This document shows positions 9,125-19,500 of a stretch of DNA of 62,896 nucleotides, piece by piece (within the stretch, counting starts at the first letter, position 1; the number at the start of each line of letters is the position of its first letter). The notes beneath the pieces are model-generated. The model saw nothing but the letters and a program-made list of their open reading frames with translations, did not search any database and was not told the DNA's origin. The stretch comes from a virus. Lineage: Duplodnaviria; Caudoviricetes. Position numbers and translations under genes: made by a program. The stretch lies in the IMG/VR virus record IMGVR_UViG_3300041584_000032, positions 1 through 62,896 of that record; one strand, written 5' to 3'.

Positions 9125-10599
9125 ACATAATTAAGGAAACCTTTGGATACAACAACTATGAAATGTGGCAAAAAATGGAGCGCCTTAAGTTTGTTGTGCT
9201 ATCTAAAACAGATATTAATGTTGGCAGAGGAAAGAATGCGACAATAGAAAAACAATTCAAATACAACACCTCCAAGGATGTTATAGATAGAATTTTGAAT
9301 AGCTGCGATTACTATAAAAAACTTTATGACGAAGATATGAAAGTACAAGAGGCGCTGTTAAGCGGAAATATTCAGTTTAGAGATTATCAAAGAGATATAA
9401 TAATTAAAGGATCTAAGGTTGTTAAAGACCATGGATTTATATATCTCGCCATGGAAGTTCGCACGGGTAAAACACTTACAAGCCTAGGAATAGCATCATT
9501 GATTGGAGCAAAGAATGTATTGTTTCTCACAAAGCTAAAGGCAATATCAAGCATCCAAAGAGACTACTATGCATTGGCCCCTAGCTATGAGTTGGTGGTA
9601 ATGAACTACGAGAGCATACACAAGCTTCCTGACACTAATTGGGATTTAATAGTGTGCGATGAAGCACACACCATGGGCGCGTTCCCTAAGCCAAGTAAAA
9701 GAGCTATTCAAGTCAATGGATTAATTAAGTCAACCAAAGCCAAAGTAATACTTCTTTCAGGGACTCCTACTCCTGAGTCTTATTCTCAGATGTATCATCA
9801 GGTTTATGGAATCCCAAACAACCCGTTTAATCAGTTCAAAAACTTTTATAGATTTTGTGATAACTTTGTAAATGTTACTTCTAAGATTATTAACGGGTTT
9901 GCGATAAAGGATTACTCAAAAGGATTGGAGTCAATAATAAACAAGATGGCTCCTTATACCGTAAACTATACTCAAGAAGAAGCAGGGTTTATTGCTAAGA
10001 CAACAGAAGAAGTGTTTGAGGTAGAGATGAAGGAGTCCACGTATAAGCTCATAAAAAAGCTTAAAAAGGATTTGTTGGTGCAAGGTAAAGAAGAGCTAAT
10101 CATGGGAGACACGCCTGTAAAATTAATGAGTAAGGTACATCAGATGTTTTCAGGTACAGTTAAATTTGAAAGTGGTAAGTCCATGGTGCTTGACACAACC
10201 AAAGCAGAGTTTATTAAAGAGCAATGGGAAGGATGTCAGATAGGAATCTTCTACAAGTTTAAAGAAGAATTGGTAGCACTGCAGCAGGTTTTTGGAGATA
10301 ATCTGACAACAGAACTTAGTGTCTTTGAAGACACTTACAAGAACATTGCTTTGCAGATTGTTGCGGGAAGGGAAGGTATCTCTTTAAAAAAGGCTGAGTA
10401 TCTTGTGTATTACAACATAGACTTTAGTGCCACGAGTTATTGGCAGTCAAAGGACAGGATGACTACCAAGGAAAGATTAGAGAATAAAGTTTTTTGGATA
10501 TTCTCAAAAGGAGGTATCGAGCACGAGATTTACAAGGCAGTTACAAAAAAGAAGGACTATACATTAGCTCACTTCAAGAAAGATTTTTACATAAAATAA
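9091..10599 (+). CDS. SF2 (SNF2-like/DEAH) helicase
   Basis: FRDYQ, EVRTGKT, CDEAH, LSGTP, GREGISL, QSKDR. Start uncertain. Confidence 0.9.
   Translation: MQKMRDENRTVDIIKETFGYNNYEMWQKMERLKFVVLSKTDINVGRGKNATIEKQFKYNTSKDVIDRILNSCDYYKKLYDEDMKVQEALLSGNIQFRDYQRDIIIKGSKVVKDHGFIYLAMEVRTGKTLTSLGIASLIGAKNVLFLTKLKAISSIQRDYYALAPSYELVVMNYESIHKLPDTNWDLIVCDEAHTMGAFPKPSKRAIQVNGLIKSTKAKVILLSGTPTPESYSQMYHQVYGIPNNPFNQFKNFYRFCDNFVNVTSKIINGFAIKDYSKGLESIINKMAPYTVNYTQEEAGFIAKTTEEVFEVEMKESTYKLIKKLKKDLLVQGKEELIMGDTPVKLMSKVHQMFSGTVKFESGKSMVLDTTKAEFIKEQWEGCQIGIFYKFKEELVALQQVFGDNLTTELSVFEDTYKNIALQIVAGREGISLKKAEYLVYYNIDFSATSYWQSKDRMTTKERLENKVFWIFSKGGIEHEIYKAVTKKKDYTLAHFKKDFYIK
10319..10334. repeat. 16-bp palindrome GTGTCTTTGAAGACAC, copy 1
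   Basis: Exact copy inside the helicase CDS. Confidence 0.95.
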
Positions 10600-10618
10600 T
10601 AAACTTAAATTAAAAATT

Positions 10619-10819
10619 ATGATACAATATGAATGCGATGCAACAAGCTTTTTCACTTCTATATATGAAGAAAAAGACAAGGTTATTTTTTCATTTGCTG
10701 AGAAATCTTTGATTATCAATTTTTGTGATTCCGAGGAAAAGGTACTAGAGCAATCAGAAATATGCAAATCCGATGCCATAAGAATAGCCAAACTAATACT
10801 CTACTGCTATGAGGTATAA
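10619..10819 (+). CDS. hypothetical protein
   Basis: 66-aa ORF with A-rich leader, in operon context. Confidence 0.55.
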   Translation: MIQYECDATSFFTSIYEEKDKVIFSFAEKSLIINFCDSEEKVLEQSEICKSDAIRIAKLILYCYEV

Positions 10820-11023
10820 AATAATAAGCAAAGCATTTTGGGTGCTGACTGTAGTACTTCTTGCTTTATCACTAACATTAATTTCAAAAGGATTTTAAAC
10901 ATGAATTGGGAACAAGAAAAAGACGAAAGAGACAATAACTGTAAATATTGTGAAGAAATTTGTGAAAATAGTTTTTGCAATAGCAGATGTAAAAAAGCAT
11001 ACGAATCAGAAAATTAAAAAAAA

Positions 11024-11311
11024 ATGAAAAGCAAAAGAAACAAGTTGGCCGGAACTCATCCTTCTTACGATAAGTTAGGTATGTCGGAAGAAAGAAAGAA
11101 AAAGAAGTTAGCTTATGACACTAAATACCAAGCGACTGAAAAGAGAAAGACCTACAGGGCAGAGCTGAACAAAGCTAACCGAGATGCAGGGACTTACGGA
11201 AATGGCGATGGTAAAGATATGAGCCATACACAAGCAGGAAAACTTGTAAAAGAAAACATGAAATCAAACAGAGCAAGGAACGGCAGCAACGGTAAGTCTA
11301 CTAAAAAATGA
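11024..11311 (+). CDS. basic protein, degenerate HNH-like
   Basis: GDGKDMSH...NRARN resembles small phage HNH-like proteins. Confidence 0.55.
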   Translation: MKSKRNKLAGTHPSYDKLGMSEERKKKKLAYDTKYQATEKRKTYRAELNKANRDAGTYGNGDGKDMSHTQAGKLVKENMKSNRARNGSNGKSTKK

Positions 11312-11610
11312 TAATGTGTTTGTGCGTTAATGACGAAAACAAACCTCCGGGAATCCCCGATGACAAATGGGTAGAGAAAGGACAAGAGTACACAATCTCT
11401 TTTACAATGACTGTTTCGCCTCAAAAGAAGTTAGCATTTCAACTAGTCGAAATTGAGCTAGATGATAGTTGTGCTCCATACAGTTGGTTCTTGTCGGAAA
11501 GGTTTGCTGTTAAAAACGAAGACCTAGAAAACCTTATCAGTTTTATAGAAGAATGCAATAAGATTACCTATTCAGTAAAAGAATTAATGAATCAAATCAA
11601 CAACAAATGA
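11308..11610 (+). CDS. hypothetical protein
   Basis: ATGA-coupled to its neighbours. Confidence 0.7.
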   Translation: MIMCLCVNDENKPPGIPDDKWVEKGQEYTISFTMTVSPQKKLAFQLVEIELDDSCAPYSWFLSERFAVKNEDLENLISFIEECNKITYSVKELMNQINNK

Positions 11611-12248
11611 AATTAAACGCAAACATCCCAAGTTTCAAAGGCTTTGTTAGAAAGTCCTATTTTACAAAACTAGAAGCAGATTACACAGAATTTTATAACG
11701 TTTATGTTTTTGGAATACAATCATGTTCCGGAAAGATACTTACGTTTCACGTAATGACGGACAGTGGAATGCTAAGAAGCAGAGTTCCTTTATCCGAAAT
11801 ATACGCAAAGGAGCCAACAAGTGATATACCCTTTAACTACAAACAGCTATGGGATTGCTTTAGCGAAAACGTTGCTATAGTAGAATATGAGTTTTTAGCT
11901 TTTCACAGGGCAGAGATAGTGCTCAGAGACAGCACGAAGGTTTGGGGTACTTACATCTTCACAGTAGATTGGTTTAACAATCCATACAGTGATGAGCCAT
12001 CTGACTATAAATGTGGCCATGTATTTGAGGCAGATGAAGGTTACTTATTGTGTATGCCAAATAACAGGATATTTTGGAGAGATAGCAATTGGGTTACAAA
12101 AAACCTTCCTGACAACCTAAAACAGTTTAAGGTGGACACAGAGCTTCTTTCAGTAGAAAACCAATCAGACAAGTGGGTAACAGAGGATAGTAATTCATTT
12201 TATTACGATATACATGAAAGAAAGCAAGATACAGGCGAAGAAAATTAA
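11607..12248 (+). CDS. hypothetical phage protein
   Basis: 213 aa; QLWDCFS, YIFTVDW, KCGH, PNNRIFW. Confidence 0.75.
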   Translation: MKLNANIPSFKGFVRKSYFTKLEADYTEFYNVYVFGIQSCSGKILTFHVMTDSGMLRSRVPLSEIYAKEPTSDIPFNYKQLWDCFSENVAIVEYEFLAFHRAEIVLRDSTKVWGTYIFTVDWFNNPYSDEPSDYKCGHVFEADEGYLLCMPNNRIFWRDSNWVTKNLPDNLKQFKVDTELLSVENQSDKWVTEDSNSFYYDIHERKQDTGEEN

Positions 12249-12456
12249 GGAGCTAGAGGCTGAGGGGTACTACGTGATTAAATTGATAAGCACAAATAAA
12301 AATGGTATCCCTGACTTAATAGCAATACCTAAAGACTCAGACGTCTTGTTTGTTGAGGTAAAAGGCCCCAAAGGGGTTCTTTCGCCTTTGCAAGAGCACA
12401 GGATAAAAGAGTTAAAAGGTCAAGGCATAAAAGTTGAAGTTTATAAACCACTATGA
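12214..12456 (+). CDS. VRR-NUC nuclease
   Basis: ESKIQ...GIPDL...FVEVK...LSPLQ. Confidence 0.9.
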   Translation: MKESKIQAKKIKELEAEGYYVIKLISTNKNGIPDLIAIPKDSDVLFVEVKGPKGVLSPLQEHRIKELKGQGIKVEVYKPL

Positions 12457-12953
12457 TGAATGTAAATCAAAAAGAAATCGAAAAACTAAAAAGCATAGTT
12501 AACTATAGTTTTTCAGTAAACCTATCTGCTAATAATAAGAAGAAAGAGGTCATTATTGCTAGGTCAATATATTCAAAAATAATGAGAGAAAAAGGTTATA
12601 CCTTTGACTACATTGGAAAGTCTTTAGGAAAATCTCATGGTGCAATTTGTCATTACATTAATACCGTAGACTTATTATTGTCAGAGAATACAAAGCTTAG
12701 AGATAAGTATTTTTTTTGTAAAGACAGTTTTTTAAATACTAGAGAACCATTTAAAGTTCTTTCAGACAAAGACCTAGAACAATATATGTTTATTATGAAC
12801 CTGCAGAACGAATTAGAAGAAGCTATTAATTCAAAAACAAAGTTGTTATATCATTTTGTAGATTATATGGAAGGTTATCAAACAAAGAAAGGTATTATGC
12901 CAAGTATAGAACAATGCAGAAACTATATTATACCGTTATTTAAAAACCAATGA
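12453..12953 (+). CDS. DnaA domain IV-like DNA-binding protein
   Basis: KKKEVIIARSI...TFDYIGKSLGKSHGAICHY resembles the DnaA C-terminal HTH. Confidence 0.65.
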   Translation: MMNVNQKEIEKLKSIVNYSFSVNLSANNKKKEVIIARSIYSKIMREKGYTFDYIGKSLGKSHGAICHYINTVDLLLSENTKLRDKYFFCKDSFLNTREPFKVLSDKDLEQYMFIMNLQNELEEAINSKTKLLYHFVDYMEGYQTKKGIMPSIEQCRNYIIPLFKNQ

Positions 12954-12957
12954 CAAA

Positions 12958-13152
12958 ATGAATCAGGATAAAAAAGCAGAAAACAGAAGAGCTTCTAGGA
13001 TTTGTAATAGAATAATTCAACATCATATTTTGTTAGACAACATTTATGAGCTATTGGTTGACCGTAACTTTATCACTGTAAAAAAAGATATTGATGTCTT
13101 AATATTAGAATTAAGAGGTCTAATAAAATCAAGCGTAGACGATGACTTTTGA
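12958..13152 (+). CDS. hypothetical protein
   Basis: 64-aa ORF in operon context. Confidence 0.6.
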   Translation: MNQDKKAENRRASRICNRIIQHHILLDNIYELLVDRNFITVKKDIDVLILELRGLIKSSVDDDF

Positions 13153-13555
13153 AACAGAGCAAGACATATTTAGAGAAAACAAAGCAATCTCCGTATTTGT
13201 AAATACATTTGGAGGTTCTTTTAAAAAACTAGACCCAAAAGACATTGACTTTAAAGTATTTGACAAAGATGGTGTCTTGATAGCTTATGTAGAGGTCAAG
13301 GGAAGGATTAAGCCAATGATAAACGCATATCCCCTGCCTGTATCCGCAAAAAAAATACTAAAACTTGTTGACAAGAGATTAAACCCCGTGGTAATATGGT
13401 GTTGTGAAGACGGCATAATATACGGTCAAGTAAAAAAACTGAAAGGAGAAATCACGTGGGGTGGTCGCACATCACGTGAAGGCTCTTTCAATGACACTGA
13501 ACTTATGGTTTTCTACGAAAAACAAAAGGGACTAAAATACATTAGGTTTTTGTAA
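13142..13555 (+). CDS. PD-(D/E)XK-family nuclease-like protein
   Basis: DIDF...YVEVKGR. Confidence 0.65.
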   Translation: MTFETEQDIFRENKAISVFVNTFGGSFKKLDPKDIDFKVFDKDGVLIAYVEVKGRIKPMINAYPLPVSAKKILKLVDKRLNPVVIWCCEDGIIYGQVKKLKGEITWGGRTSREGSFNDTELMVFYEKQKGLKYIRFL

Positions 13556-13581
13556 CCTATATTTAAACCAACCATTTGTTT

Positions 13582-16500
13582 TTACTTATCTTTATTAAAG
13601 TTGCTTGGCCCTGCAAACGTTTTTCTTTTAAAAACTCTTTGTCCTCCAATTTTTTTAGTCTTTTTATCGGCACTATAATCAAAATCCTCATCTCTAAAGT
13701 CTTGCTTCTTCCTTTCAAGTTCTCTTAATATTAATTTTTCTTCATTAAAAGTATTAAACCAATCTGAATTTTCTCCAAAAGATTCTTCCCAAGATGCTCT
13801 GTCGTACCTTTTCATCTCTGTGTCGTTTTGGTATTCTCCAAGAAGCTGAAGTTTCTGTTCTTTTATCTCGCTTGATTTTTCAAGTCTTTCTTCTTTCTCC
13901 TCAGGAGTTTCGCTATCTATTCTGTCTATTCTTTGTTGAATAATTGCCTCTACATCAGAATCTCTCGTATTTTCCATCATTTCTCTTAGGATTTCAATAT
14001 CACGATTGTCATCTATCTCGGACTGCGCGGCTTTTTCTTCTTTTCGTGCAGCTTCATCATAATCGACAGGTTTCTTTTTAGCAGTTTTCACAGCGCCTCT
14101 AACTAAACCTGCAAACTCGGCAGTACCTAAACCAAGGTTTGTTATTATAGCAGGCCCTATCAATAGCTGTAAAGCCTCTTGGTCATCTTCTGATATTTGC
14201 TTTTCGTTACCAAAATCATCTTCGTACACACCTGTTACAGATAAAGAGATTAAATCATGGAGCTGAGAAGCCCTGTCAAGAGCTATTCCATACATACCTA
14301 GATTTTTAACAAAGTCTTGCTTTCTAGTACCATAAATAGATAGCCTCTCCTCTTCGCTAACGCCCATTGCATCGTTTACTGTATTAAGTAGCCCGGAAGC
14401 TCCTGTTTGAACAAACATATCAAGCATAGGCACAGGAGAGAAAAAGTCTATAACACCACCTGTAACTTGCCCTTTAATAATATTGTTTATTCTCTTCTCC
14501 TCTTCCTCTTCGCTTTCAGTTCGTCCCATTACCTCTAGTACTACGTATCCCATTGATATTGAAATACCTGCTGATATTGTTCTAAAGGTAAAAACCTCAG
14601 CCGCAAACCCTGCAAGAGACCTTGCAGCGATTACCTTATCTTCTCTTGTAGAAACATTCCAATATCCTAGTGTTGAAAGGTCTGCGCCTACTCTTGATGA
14701 TTGGTTCATTCTAAAACTAGCAAAAGGCATAAGAAGCTTGACGATTGCCTCTTTACCTGTTTCTCTTGAAGAGAACAAAGCACCGGAAAGCGCTATATCC
14801 GAAACGTTTTGCTGTCTGTCTACCATTCTCTGAGCATAGTTTGCTGCTTTCTCATTGGGGATGTGAGTAGAATAATTTAATCTCTTCACATCAATGCCTT
14901 GCTTCTTTAATGATTGCTCGTAATACGCTGCCCAAGATGCTCTTGCAATTGCTACATCAGGATTTACTAACAATAATTGTAACATCTTTTTGTTGGCATT
15001 TTCTATGAGTTTCATTGCTTCGCCTAATTTTGAATCGGCTGCCTGTTCAATAAGTGAGTTTATAGAATTTATATCTGCTGTAGATTCAACACCTCTATTG
15101 GAAATACTATATCCCAAATTGTTAAGCCATATATTAAAAGCAGGGTCATAAGCCTTACCTAAATTTAAACTGCCTGCATTTATAAGAGTGTTTACGGCTG
15201 CAGGGATTACTTGTTTTATAGGCTGAGTAACACCTGCTAATGCCTGTCCAACTCCAAGAGTAGCCACCTTGTTTAAGCCTCTCATAAAATTAGAAAGCTC
15301 ATCGTTTGAGTAAGGGCTTTTGTTTCTTATGTTTCTAATGTATAATTCTATTCTACCTTTTAGTAAATTAGCATCTGCTGTATTTGGTATTATTTTAGAG
15401 AAACTATTAGAATTTAGAAAAGCTTGTACCTGTCTTAAAGGCCCTGCAGTTTCAATATCTACAAGCGCATCATATAAGGAGCTCGCATTGTTCTTATCAA
15501 AAGATAAATCTATATAGGACAAAACCTTTTTATTGCTGTTTTGAGGAAGATTAGCTGTCTCTGTAACATCTTCTAGTCGCCCTGTGTTCTTATTGTACAA
15601 AACACCATTTGTATTAAAAATAAAAGCCGATTCAGTTTCCTCTAAATCTACTTCCTTTGGAGCGCTTCTCATCCGTGTATATTTGTCAGGAGAACTATAG
15701 TTTACCCCTTTCTTTAATACTTTATTGTACACATTTAATGCAACATCAGCTAATCTATCAAACTTGCTTTCCCATATTTTACTCCAAGCATCAATTGCCT
15801 CTAAGTTTATAGGGTCTGTGTTGTCCTTGATGTCCTGAATGTTTGTTGAGTTAACAAGGATTTTGGCGTAAAGCTTCTGATAAAGAAGACCTTTTTCAAC
15901 TTCTTGAGCATCTCCCTTAGCCAATGCTTCTATTGATTGCTCAATTAATCCCTTACGTCTATTAAATTCGGTTTGCATTTGCTCTACGTCTCCAATTATG
16001 TTCCTCATCATAAATGAGGACATCTCTCTTTCCGTGTCATTGTAGGCAGTGTTAAACTTTTGTCCGTTAGGCTTTATATTGTTTTTATAAAACCTACTGA
16101 CATAATCTTTTATTATGCTATTGGCATTATTTTCTGCAAAAGCTTTCTTGTTTATTAGCTTTGTTAAGCCCATTGAGTCTTGAACATCTCCTCCTCTTGT
16201 GAATCCTTTAAATAGCTTTTCAAATACTAGAGATAAGTTAGTTGTTTGTTCCGCAAGAACTCTTCCAACTCCTTCTGAGAAATACTTTTTTAATGTGATA
16301 GCAAAAATACCGTCTGCTGCTACTTCTTGAGCGTTAATCTCTCCCATATAAGAGAAATATACCGCAGACATCCCCGCAGTAGAATTGTTTACTAAGAAGT
16401 TGAGAAGGCTATCAACGGCTCCTATAGAAACCTTTGAGCTCATCTTGTCAGTGTCCATTTCTAAGAATTGTAATATAACCTTCTTTTCAGTAGCTGAATA

Positions 16501-19500
16501 TGTAACTTTAGCTCCTGTCATAGGATCAATACCGTTTTCTATTGCCGATAGAATCCTCTTTTTATATACCTCAAACGCTTCCTTTATAGCTTCTTTTACA
16601 ATTTCATCATTCTTATCGGACATTGGCTCGTCCTTAGTTAATAATGCAGTCATTTCCGCTTCACTAAAAGAGGAGGCATTAATCCCATAAAGGCTTTCAA
16701 TCTCAGCAATTTTTTCGTCCTTTAAAATCTTTTCTTGTCTTTTAATCTCTGCTGAAACATATTTGTTGGCATCCTTTATATTTACCGTATCGACAAAAGC
16801 AACCTTTGGATTTTTAATTGAGGAGCCTTGTATGGCTGTTTTAATCTCTTGAGCCATTTTGTTGTACGCCTCAATATCTTCTACAAGCAAAGGGTTTATT
16901 GCTGCAAATGCAGCCCCTAAATCTCTTAGGTTTGCATTTTTCTTATCATTTTTTGATAGTTTTTTAATTGAAGCCCTCGTTTTTTTAGCAATAGCAACAT
17001 TACTAGCGTAGTCTGCATCTTTAAAAACCTTGGTCATGTAGTCTGTGAATCTTTGAACAGAAGTTTCGCTGAAAACATTGACCTTGCTAAAGGCTCTAAG
17101 AACGTTGGCCGCCTGCGTAGAAGTAATTTTGCCTGTCTTTTTAAGTTCTTTTATTTCTTTTGAAAGCTGATTGCTTGCTAACCTAAATGCACGAACCGCA
17201 TCTTTCGCACCTCTAGCCAAATCTTTAATTTGCTTTTTTAATGCGGTCTTCTCGGTCATTGTTATTTTGGTAACATTTTTAATTGTACCAAGTATTCTGC
17301 CAACTGAAGGAGCAGACCTCTCTTTTAATCCAAAGTCTTTTCTTATTTTACGAACCAATGCCTCTCTCTGCACGTCTGTGGCGTTTTCGTAGACTTTCGA
17401 GCCCATAACATAGCTCATAACATTATCGACCATCTTTTGAGCGCTAACTCTTCTGCTCTTAGATTTTTTAACAATACCATCGACCTCAACTATCATCCTG
17501 TCGAATCCGGGGAGCTCAGCTTCAGAAAGACCCTGTGTCCCTGAAGGTGCTACTAAAGGCGCAGGTGGTGCTACTAAAGGCGCAGGTGGGGCAGATGGTA
17601 TTGTTGCTTGTGTCTTTGAAGACACTTCTTCTTGTATATTTGAATCGCCATCGTCTTGCATATCATCAGCTCTTCCTTCTGTCCAAGTTGCCTCAGGCAT
17701 TAGTCCTGTCTTTTGGTCTGCAAAAACCGTGTCGTCTGCATTTGCATTTCTGTTGGCTTCTCCAAATGGGCCGAAGTTTACCCAAGAGTTTTGACCTCTT
17801 GTTTCACTAGTCATAGCAGCAATAGCACTTCCCGTATATAATCTAACGTGAGCTTGCCAAGCATTTTCTTCTCCCCTTGCTCTAAATCCTGCTCCCTCTA
17901 GCCCGTGTCCAAAAGCATCGTGAACCGCACGAAATAAATCGTTAGCCAATACGGGTCTCATTTCCCCATCTAGTCCTCCAAGGGGCCACATAATCCCCGT
18001 AAATTCTAATAAAGGATTACTACTTACATCAAGCTCGCTTGTGCCAAAACCAGACGTGGTAGGAAAAACTCCCATTTGTTTGTTTGCTCTTAAATCCCTT
18101 GAAGCATTGTATGGGCTTGACGCGTACTCTAAGTTGCTTGGGATATTTAAGTCCATAAACCAAAACTTATACCCCGCATCGACTAATGCTTGATATTGAG
18201 CCATTGTTTGTTTAATTAGATTTTGGTATGCTTCCTTGACTGTAGGGTCTTGAGCATTATCTTCCATTTGGATATAAGCCTCGGCTATTTTTTTAGCTCT
18301 TGCCTCGTCTACTTCAACGTATTCCCCTTGTCTTTTAAGTTCGATTCCGTTTGCTTCTGCATATGCTTCGGCAACGGCAACAAGCTGTGTGTCCGGCCCG
18401 TTAACGCCTTGTACTGATGGCGCACCTTCAAGAGGCGTAGCTCCCCTGCTCTTATCCCGTCTTCCTCCGTCTCTTGTTCCTTCGGGTCGTAACTGCTTTG
18501 TTGTTTCATTTTGTGTGTTTGTTATAGGTTGTGTATTTTCTGTTTGAATTGTTTCTAAAAGAGGAGTAATTAGCTTGTCATATTTTTCATAAATCTCGTC
18601 AAACTTAGCCTTATCTTCTACGTTAGTTATTTTGCTCTCGTCAACTTTTTCGTCTACAAGGTATTCTTCAAAGTTAGGGAAAGCTTCTCTAAGTTCAAGT
18701 TGTTCAGCTGCCCTTAAAGCCTCAATTTCATTTTCTATTTGTTTATCGAATAAGGACTCTACGGCTCTAGTTATGTCTGTTTCTATACCTGCTGCTTTGT
18801 CTGCATGGTAGGCTTCTGAAATTATATCATTTAACCCATTTCCGTCTATGTTTAATTCAGAAAATTGTTTATCAGGAATTAATGAGGCAAATACTATTTC
18901 GCCTGTACTTTCTCCAATTTCCCGTAACTTTTTAACAGTACTTTCTACATCTTGTAATGCAGGGTTTTTTTGTTTAGTAGGGCTAACCTGTTCTGCGCTT
19001 AGTGCTTGTAATTCAGCAACGGCATCCTCTCTACTCAAGGTGGTTTCCCCAATAGTTACGGTGCCCTTTGAGTTTGCAGGTTGGGCAATAGCCTCCTCTA
19101 ACTCTGCTTTTCTTACTGACTGCTCTTCTGTTATCGAGCTTTGAGTTTGCTCATTATTGTCAGTTTCTCTTAATTGAATAGCATATAATTCAGCCGCTTT
19201 TTTTGATATTGTTGCATCGTCAAATGAAAAAGTAGTTTCTCCATTTCTTTCAGCTTCCTCTATAAGTATTCTTCCCGCTTCGTCTTTCAGTTTGGTCTTT
19301 ATTGGTGCAGAAAGTTTGTCAAAATTTCCGTATATATAACTACCTTCAATTATATTGTTCTTTCTGTCCATTAAATCCATGGCTTGTTGAACTATTTCAG
19401 CAAACAAAGATCTTTTAGTATCTTCTGATAAATTTGGATCATCTTGTACTTCGAGCGCTTTAATCTTTAAATCATCAATGATACTGTTTATTTCAACTAA

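Noticed and set aside
17546-17589. 21-bp tandem duplication (APPAPLV twice)
   Set aside because: Simple in-frame slippage in a linker of the large protein.
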